Assembly: GCA_964016885.1 (NCBI GenBank)
Contig: OZ024740.1
Location: forward strand, 267,406,001 to 267,470,000
DNA length: 64,000 nucleotides
Reading direction: 5' to 3'
DNA from: Eledone cirrhosa
Lineage: Eukaryota
In this document: positions 53,716 through 64,000 of the stretch, piece by piece
How the letters are laid out: each line of letters opens with the position of its first letter
Numbering within the stretch: position 1 is the stretch's first letter
Notes under the pieces: model-generated
What the model saw: the letters and a program-made list of their open reading frames with translations, nothing else
What the model was told of the DNA's origin: nothing
The model's database searches: none
Made by a program: the position numbers and the translations under genes

Positions 53716-56100
53716 TTGGTTCGCTGGGGTGTCAGAATTCAGATTTTCTATTGAAATAAAGAAAGTAAAGATATGTATGTTTATTTGTGTGCTTGTGTGT
53801 ATGTGTGTGTGCGTGTGTGTAGGAAGATGATTCTATTAGTAGAAATGGGGGAGGGAGTTGTGGGGGGGGGGGTATGTGTGTGTATGGCTGTTTGTGTGTG
53901 GGAGTATGGTTAGCATGTTAAGATGAAGAGAATATATATTGTGTGTGTAGGAAAATGATTCCGTTAGTAGGAATATTTTTGAATGAACATATTTTCCTTA
54001 CTTATTTGTATCTGTTCTGTTGTATTGTCAGCGCAAACGTATGTTAAGGCTTATTTAGTTCGGGTTTTTATTTTCTAAAGTAGAAGGTGTTATGTGTGTG
54101 TGTATGTGTCTGTTTGGATGGTTAGCATGTTATGGTGTTGACATAATGTATATTAAACCATATTTAATGCTGGTCTATATTTTTGAATAAACATATTTTC
54201 CTTATTTATTCGTATTTGTTCTGTTGTATTGTCAGCGCAAAGGTAAAATGGGAAGACTTGGAATTTGGGTGTCTTATTACTTGCACATATGTCTAGATGT
54301 GCACTTAGTGGTATCTGTCTCGTGGTTGGAACTCGTAATTGTTGGCGATGAACTGTCTGTTTCTGAGTGTGAGTTTAGTTTGTCCTATATAATCTTCATT
54401 GCATCCTTTACATTTAATAGCATAAATTAGATTTTTTGATGAGCAGTGAAGTGATCTTTTACAGCAAAATTTTGTCCTGATTTAAATGTATACGTGTTGC
54501 CTTCAATGAGGTGAGTGAAGGTTCCACAATTAGAGCGACCACATTTTTTGACAGTTGGTTGTGGGTTTGTGGTAGGTAATTTGGCATTGGTGAGTAATGT
54601 TTTCAGTGATTTCGACTGTCTTTTGCTTTTGATTATTTTGTACGTTTCAAGGGCTTTTTTCATTCTTGGGTCTTGTTTCAGTAGGGGGATGTTCTTGTGA
54701 ATAGTGTTGTAAGCTTCCGCATTTCTTGGGTTGTGTGTTGAGATATTATAGAATATTGGACGTACCTTGAATTTGTTTCTGTTTTCGTAATTCATCAATG
54801 CCTATTGCTTTAGCCCTTTCTATTCCATTATTTATTAGTAATGGTGGGTACTGTCTTTCGAGTAGAATTTCCTTTAATTCTTGAAGTCTTTTATTTCGTG
54901 TTTCATAATTGGAGACAATTGTGCAAATTCTTCTTGCTAGGTTAAAAGGAATGTTCGTCTTCGTGTGCTTTGGATGGTTGGAGGTGAATAGCAAGTATTG
55001 TTTGGAATCTGTTGGTTTGTAGTGTATGTCAGTTTCAATATTTGTGTTTTTTTTAAGATTAAGATGTCCAGAAATGGGAGTTGATCTTGGCTGTATTCCA
55101 TTGTGAATTGGGTGTGGTTATTGATGCCGTTTATTAAGTTTTTGAAATCATTCAGTTGGTCGAGTGTGTGGGACAAAAGAATGAGACAATCATCCAAGTA
55201 GCGTTTCCAATTCTCTGATAAATATTTGTGGAAGTTCAATCCGTATTTTGATTTGGACTTCTAAGTATGCCATGACTAGTTGGCATAAGTTGGAGCAGCT
55301 TTTGTACCCATCTCAGCCCCCTATATTTGCTTGTAAGTACTGCTATCGAAATCAAAAACGTTGTTCTGTAAGATAAATTTTAATCCCTAGGTGATGAAGC
55401 TTTTTTCTATTCTGTCAGGTATCTCATTGGGATATTTCTCTAGCCATAATCCTATTGCTTCTAGTCCGTATTGGTGTGGGATCGTTTTGTAGAGATTCAC
55501 TACATCGAAAGACAATAATAGTGTCGTTGTTGACATGTTTGGGGAGGTGGTTTAAGAGGTCCAGATCGTCTCTTACAAGGCTTGGTATGTGTTTGAGAAT
55601 TGGTTTTAGTAGTATGTCTATAAAGTTGCTCAGTCTGTGTGTTTCACATTGTATATATAGTGTAGTTAGTACGGTGAAATACTGGTGTTGGTACAAAATC
55701 AAGCATTCTATACACAGGCAGAGTGTATAGAATAAAAAAAACGTGAAAGTTTCGTTTACATAGGAAACATATTTACGTATGTCTGTGCACATTCTGTATG
55801 GCTATGATTGTCGAATTTCTACATCTTACAATTATTTCTTCATATAAATATTATCCACAACGAGGCACCTTCCCCCCTTTTTAATTCTTTGACAAAAACA
55901 TGAACTGCCTTTACTGACATGATAAACTAGCACCGGGTCATCCAACAAACCCCTGCTTCCTGTTTACACCAAACCAAATTTCTGACTGACCAATACACAT
56001 TCCAAAACATGCCCACACTCATACATATGAATCCTTAATTGCTCATGCAAACATGCACGTGAATATCAGTGAATACACACCCGCATTGCTGCATATATAT

Positions 56101-57926
56101 ATCATCATCATCATTTTACGTCCGCTTTTCCCTGCTTGCAAGGGTGGGATGGGTCTTATTCAGCACAGCATCTCTCCACTTGTCCCTCGTCATCTCCACC
56201 GTGAGCTTCAATGATCTGAGGTCTGTTCTCACCACCTCCGCCCATGTTTTTCGTGGTCTACCTCTACCACGTCTTCCTTCAACTGGCATTTCCTGGCACT
56301 TCTTCACCCATCGGTCATCCTCCATGCGCATCACATGTCCATACCACCTCAGTCTCCTCTCCCGTACACTAAATTTCTATCCCTCTCAGACACAGTTTCT
56401 CTCTCAACACATTTATGCTGGGTCGTTCACGCACATTTACACTGCACATCCAACGGAGCATGCTTGCCTCATTTCTCTCCAGCCGTCGCATATCCTCTGC
56501 AGTTGCTGCCCATGTCTCACTACCATGCAGCATCGCGCTCCTCACACAGGCATCATACAACGGGCCTTTCGTACGCAGGGAGAAACCCTTCTTCGTCAAC
56601 AGAGGAAGCAGCTCCCTAAACTTCTTCCAACCCGTCCTTATTCTAGATACTATGGCCTCGGAACACCCTCCTCCCATGCTAATCTGATCTCCTAGATACC
56701 GGAAGCTATCCACCACTTCTATAGTGCCCTCTTGCATTTGAAAAATGTGTCTATCAGTGCGACTTCTACTGTCTAATTTCCCTGTACATCTACTGCATAC
56801 ATATTTCTCCCTACCTGTTAGTTTGCCTGCTATCCCGCTACATCTCTTGTGTACCCAGGATCTGCATTGTGTGCATTTTATAGAATTCATGCCAGTTCCT
56901 TTTCTGCATATCGAACATGGCCATTTCCCTGACGGAATCAGGGTTTTGTCCTCTTTTCTACTCATCAACACTTTTGTCTTAGCTAGATTCACTCTCAGTC
57001 CTCTTGCTTCCAACTGCTGTTTCCATAGCCAGAATTTATTCTCTAGCTTCTCTACTGATTCTGCTATAAGAACCAGATCGTCAGCATAGAGAAGTTCCCA
57101 TGGACAGCCAGTCTTAAACTCCTCTGTTATGGCTTGGAGGACTATAATGAACAAGAGCGGGCTGAGGACCGAACCCTGATGTACTCCTACTTGTATCTGG
57201 AATTCCTCACTAAACTCCATTCCTACCCTGACTTTACTGAGAGTACCTCTGTACAAAGTTTGCACTGTCCTCACAAGCCATTCCTCAACACCTAGCTTCC
57301 TTAGGGACCACCAGATGACAGATCGGGGTACCCTATCAAAGGCCTTCTCTAGGTCAAAAAAGGCTAAGTATAGTGGCTTATTCTTCTCTAAGAACCTCTC
57401 TTGCATTTGTCTCACCAAGAAGAGGGCATCTGTTGTACTCTTCCCAGGCACAAAACCAAACTGCATCTCATCTAGTTTGACCCTTTCTCTAATTAGTTGT
57501 GCTAAAATCCTTTCTGCCACTTTCATAACCTGATCTATCAGTTTTATACCCCTATAATTGCTCCTCTCCAAAGCATCCCCTTTACCTTTGTAGCAATTTA
57601 TGAGAATACTGCTGCACCAGTCTTTGGGTATGACACCACCATATATAGCCTGATTGATGATGCGTGCAACCAGTTTAGTGCCTACGTCCCCTGATGCCTT
57701 CAGCATCTCAGCAACTATTCCCGATGGTCCGGCCGCCTTACCATTTTTCATTTCCCTAATCGCCTCTTGGACCCTATATTCGTCAATCTCAATAGCTGGT
57801 CCCTCTGTCGGATCTACCAAGGGTAATTTCTCTCTCTCCCATTCGTTCTCCACATTCATCAGTCTCTCATAATGACATTTCCAGGCCTCCTTTTTCTGAT
57901 CTGACATTTCCAGGCCTCCTTTTTCT
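56101..57926 (-). mobile_element. 5'-truncated RTE LINE subfamily 1
   Basis: 512-aa RT ORF (NYRGIKL, QFGF, FDLEKAFD, YADD). Frameshift near 56370; (TGA)n tail. Confidence 0.96.
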
Positions 57927-58174
57927 TATATATATATAGAGAGAGAAACACACATACATTTGCCCACACATAAAAAAGTAGGGTCGATGCCCACATACCA
58001 CAACAAAAATATATCTTCTGTCACATCACCAGTCTGAGGAGCAGATCAATACTGGAGTCGGGACATAACTCCTATGGGTCACCTTGAGCCAATCCTCTGC
58101 ACAACTCACATAACAGGTTGATGTGCAATAAATAATTTGCATATGTAAATGAAACCTTCTCATTCTTTTCTATT

Positions 58175-58207
<33 letters not shown>

Positions 58208-58219
58208 AGATATATAAGG

Positions 58220-58542
58220 ATAAAAACTGCCTTTGATTACAAATGACCATGGGATTTACACCTAGAGAGTTCCTTTCTGAGGCACAAGTCTGGGAAAAGG
58301 TTCTTTGTGGAAGACCAGCAGTTGCAGTTGCCCATGCATACCAGTCTCCCATTTCCCTGCCACCGGTGTTGTCCAAGGAAAAAGCAAAGGCCAGTGACAT
58401 CCCAACTTATTTCTACAGCTGAATAGACTGGAGCAATGCAAAATAAAGTGTCTTACTCAAGGACACAATTCATCACCAGGTCCAAGAATCAAACTCATAT
58501 CTTCCCGATTGCAAACCTAATGTTCTAAACACTAAGCCATGT
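58220..58542 (-). mobile_element. Older CORE-like SINE with a different tail
   Basis: Head and core are homologous to 8390-8525. The tail matches the fragment at 14165-14227. Confidence 0.7.
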
Positions 58543-58560
58543 ATATGTCTATATATATAA

Positions 58561-59862
<1,302 letters not shown>

Positions 59863-59863
59863 A

Positions 59864-59905
<42 letters not shown>

Positions 59906-60696
59906 TGTATAGTGGTGTAAATACATGTGTTCAAAGAGTGCAAGAAGCAAAATAAAAGCACCAGTATCAGTGCTACACTACAAAGTTGTCAGCAAATTCA
60001 AAGACAAAATGCATTATGGACAACAAGTATGTCGATACTCTTTAATCTTCTTGCACCAGATCTAAGAATTGTAACCAAGAATAGATAAAAAATATCAAAA
60101 TATGGAAATTCATGTTAGTGTAAAGCCTCAAGGGAAAATAAATTTTGAGAAAAAATTCTATGTGATGAATCATATAATTTAAGTAGTCTAAGATAGTACT
60201 ATGTCTGATAAGAAAAAAAAAATGATCAATAGTTTGTTTCTGATCATGGGTATTGTACCATATTACTGGCAAAGTGATTAAGCTCTCAGCAATGCTATTT
60301 TGACCAAATTGAATCTGTCTACTATGCTAGGTGTAGAATCCCAGCTGTCAGTAACTACTATCTCTACTTCAAACCATCCATTGCAAAAAAGGACAAAAAT
60401 AACAACAAACAACAACAAACTATCACAATTAGGATCAGCTGTATTTTTGAAATTATTGTTCTCTTCATTGAAGCAGGGGGAAATACAGGAAGAAAACAGA
60501 ATTGTTTTTAATGGAATTTCTGGTTGGAGAAATGGATGTCAGAATTACAATCACCAAGATAATAAATAGTAAACTTTAACCTTTTATGAGGAATTTGTTG
60601 TGATAAAATGAGAGGATGTAAGAGTTTATCCTCTGCCTTCACATCAAATTAAACTGATTCTATTCTACCTTCAATAGACAGATATGATATGCTTAC

Positions 60697-60835
60697 CTTG
60701 ATGCAATGGCACAGATAGTTCAAAGGCTGCAGAATTTTTAAATCATTCATATGATTTCTGGCCAAGTAGAGTACATAGAGGATAAAAGTATGCCAAAGAC
60801 GATCAGGGATTAAGCTACATAAAAGTGACATTAAC
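60697..60835 (-). other. Candidate spliced exon (139 nt) of an unidentified host transcript
   Basis: Acceptor CTCTACTTTTCATGCAG|G and donor AAG|GTAAGC. One open frame: LMSLLCSLIPDRLWHTFILYVLYLARNHMNDLKILQPLNYLCHCIK. Confidence 0.35.
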
Positions 60836-62593
60836 CTGCATGAAAAGTAGAGTGCCAGTGAACTTGAGAAAGTGAAGGGACATGAAAAGCATTTGCCAAA
60901 GTGTGTAGGAGAGACCAACAAATGTGTTGGTATGGAAATATGATGGGAATAGATGTATTCTGTTGGATAAAAGAAATGCCATGCTCTGGCAGTTGAGAAG
61001 CAATTTAAAATAACCACAGCCTTCATCTTCTCCATCTTGTCCACTTCCATAAATGAAGTTGCTGAAATAAGTCATAATATCATCTTTGCCTTCCATTGCT
61101 CACTCTTAACTAGCAATGAAACCAGCAATAAATGGGAGCTTTTAGTTGCAAAAGTGTTCATTGTGAGTATGTATGTGTGTGTGTCTATCTCTCACTCATG
61201 CACTTGTTCTGATGTATGAAGCCAACTGTTTATTTTCCCATGATCAGAAGTATGTATCAATGGTTCATCAGCATTAATAATCTCTCCCAGGAAATCTGCT
61301 GCCTCAAATCATTAGCTCAGCTCAAGGAAACATTTGATTAATTTACAGAGTAGTTCAACACTTTCTCCAGGTGGCCATTTTGTTTATCAGTTCTGTTTGA
61401 GTAAACCTATAAACAGAGATTAATTAATGACTTAAACATTGATTTACCATTTCTATAAATGACTATCTTGGAGTGGTAGGGGAGGAGGCATGTTGACATT
61501 AAAAAATAGAATTTAAAATGGAGTTTACCTTTCAAAGATGGTAGAGTTTGTTGAAAATGATTTTGACATATATATTAAGCAAATTGAGTGAGTGACTAAA
61601 ATTTAATTAATGAGCTGGATTGTTATGGTTGTTCTGGTTCTTGTTTAGAACCCTACCCCCTGCTATTGTTGAACACACCATCTTATTTTCAGACATACTG
61701 TATCTAGGACTACATTATGTGTCTTTTCATATTTTAATACTTTCATTACCATATTCCTAATGAAAGACACTGCCTATGATTTTCAGTTAATTTTGAAATA
61801 CTCAAGAATTTATAAGGACTTATTAATAAAATAAATTTTCTTATTATCAAGCTAGTGTTTGGAACATAGCTTAACAAAGGTTCTTATATAAAATTATGCC
61901 GGAAGGTTTAAAAAAAAAAACACTTTAAAATAATCAGCTGTGTGACATAGAACCAGAGATGGTTTCAGATAGTTTGATATAAAAATATTTTAAGATGTAG
62001 AATGTGATTTTGAGGGAAATTTAGCTATTATTTCTAACAGGACAAGTGACAATGTAGAAGCTCATTTATTAACTTGTATCAGGCAAGTTGGGTAACTACT
62101 TAGAAAATCTAAGGTCAACTTTGCCTTTCATCCTTCTAGAGTCAAGAAATATGTAGGGAGATTGACTGGCTGAATCATTAATGTTAGGTAGCACGCTTTA
62201 TAGAATTTGGACTGGTTCTTTGTGCTCTGAATTCAAATCCTGCAATGGGGACTACTTGGGCACTAGTCTTAATCTGCCACCTGGTTTGACACCACCACTT
62301 GGTTCTTGGGTAACTTTAGTATAGTGACCTCACGTCTGCTGTAAACATTTGAGGAGCCAAGTCCTTTGCTTGAGGATATCATCCTCCTCCTCCCTTCCAA
62401 CAATTTTGAAAGCCTTAAAAAGTGTCATAGTCACAACTGTCTCTCTCTAGACTAATCAATTAAAAAGAAAAGGGTTTCTGAAACAATGACAACCCTCCAC
62501 TCAAAAACAAACAAAACAAACAGGCAAACAAATATACAAGAAGACAGGATAACACTCTGAAATGCTGAACTGTCTTATCTTATATCCTTACAG

Positions 62594-62891
62594 CAAAGGT
62601 CTCTGACCACCGGGCTGCGAACCAGTACTGGTCTGTGGATCATTTGTTACTGGGTCACAAAGAAATAACTTGTTTAAAATTATATGATAGATAAATTGAA
62701 TATTAGACTTTAAAAAGATTTGTTTAAATATTTATATACTCAATACACTTTTTCTTCCCTTTAATAAATTGCTCATTTTGATATTGCTCTCTTTGTCGAA
62801 ATGCACTTAAATAACACATGTTCAACTACTGGTCTGCAGAAAGATTGTCCGACTTGAAGCCAGTCCGTGGTATAAAAAGTGGAGACCACTG
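62594..62891. mobile_element. Old hAT-Charlie-like MITE
   Basis: Imperfect TIRs CAAAGGTCTC / GAGACCACTG with subterminal CCAGT..GTGG motifs. No clear TSD. Confidence 0.55.
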
Positions 62892-63099
62892 CAGTAGATA
62901 GTAGAGAGGCATGCAAGAACATGTCTCCCTAATGAAGTAGAGGGCAATAAGGCTGAGACCACTGTCTTACAGTGTAAAATCAGTTGCTTTGTATTTTTGT
63001 TTTGTTTTTTGTTGTCATTTGTACCATGAAACCTTTTTGATATTATTACCATGCTGACACAGATCTTAGTTGTGGTCTATACTTTATGGAATTTAATCA

Positions 63100-63370
63100 A
63101 AACAAGTTTGCAGAAGCTGGTATAGCAATGTGGGAGCTTCAGCATTCGGTAATTAAAAGAAGAGAGGGAGGTAGATATAAAAGCCAAACTCACTATCTTC
63201 AATTCTGTATTCAGACCAACCCTTACATATGGTCATGAATCTTAGATAATGACCAAAAGAATACGATTGTGAATATAAGCAGCTGAAATGTAATTCTTGT
63301 GAAGGGTCTTTGGAGTAACATTACTTGATAGAGTGTGTCGCTCAGATATCAGAGAGAGAGTCACTCCAGG
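63100..63370 (+). pseudogene. Old RTE (Rex3/Expander-like) relic
   Basis: KAKLTIFNSVFRPTLTYGHES*IMTKRIR..AAEM. Confidence 0.75.
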
Positions 63371-64000
63371 ACCCTCCCAAGATTAAGTGAGAAAAGAAGT
63401 TTGACGGATTGAAGAGGAGATGATAATTATCAAGACATTATTTAGCATCAGGTCAGCCTTGATGAAGTAGATATTTCATCAAAATCTTTCCAGTCATGAC
63501 CATCCTATCTTTTTGTATATCCCATAAAACATTCAACATGTCTTACTCTTTCTTTTTTCTAATATGAGGGGAGAGAAGATTTGCTATTTTTAGTCAGTCA
63601 AACAACCATGTAGAGGCTCTATCATTGCAAAAAATATGATAAAAGTGGTGATGGTGGTAGTGATGATGATGATCATCATCATGACAGTATCATAATGATA
63701 ATGATGATGATTATGCTGATGATGATGATTATGATGATAGTCATGATTATGAAACCAGAGATGTACATTTTCAGCTAAAGCTATCGTACCTTTCTGCAAG
63801 AGAATTCTTCACATCTCATCATTTTAAATACGTCAGAGTCTTGAATTGTTAAGGCAAAAAGGCAAAAGGAAAGATGGCAGGCATGCAGGTCGGGAATGAG
63901 ATGTGGAATATTATTTATTCTTCAACTACTGAATTACATTACAAGAAAAATGACTAACTAGTTCAGCCCAGGATGTCAGCAGCTAAGCAGCTAACAGAGC

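Larger units (their letters stand above)
52810..55645 (-). mobile_element. 5'-truncated, frameshifted Penelope-like element (RT, GIY-YIG, 3' UTR, pLTR)
   Basis: Minus frames: LSNFIDILLKP, MGTKAAPTYAN, WKRYLDDC, LPFLDILI, YKPTD..YLLFTSNHPKHTKTNIPFNLARRI, CGRSNC, NLIYAIKCKGCNEDYIGQT (~54430-54375). Confidence 0.95.

Noticed and set aside
55705-55735. Hairpin ATTCTATACAC/GTGTATAGAAT as a terminator or ribozyme
   Set aside because: Isolated 11-bp stem in eukaryotic DNA with no catalytic core.

Overview
AT-rich animal genomic DNA, most likely cephalopod (Octopus-like; inferred from the repeat content). It is packed with (TA)n microsatellites, and the many IYIY/YIYI ORFs are artefacts of these. 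No host protein-coding gene can be identified; at most a few minus-strand exon-like segments. The coding content is retrotransposon-derived: 5'-truncated RTE LINEs (two young subfamilies with a PHD-like Cys/His finger inside the RT, plus older RTE/R4-like relics) and Penelope-like elements (PLE; RT and GIY-YIG fragments). There are also two tRNA-derived SINE families and hAT/piggyBac-type MITEs. The main hidden signal is RNA structure. I read 12 complete or near-complete minimal type-I hammerhead ribozyme motifs, in about 8 unrelated sequence families, plus several half or degenerate ones. Most have a tiny palindromic stem III, and several carry the compensated U3-A8 core variant. They sit in PLE terminal repeats or in short non-coding fold-back elements, each inserted into a (TA)n tract; some of these palindromes are centred on the ribozyme's own stem II. 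All structures were read by eye; none has been computed or tested.
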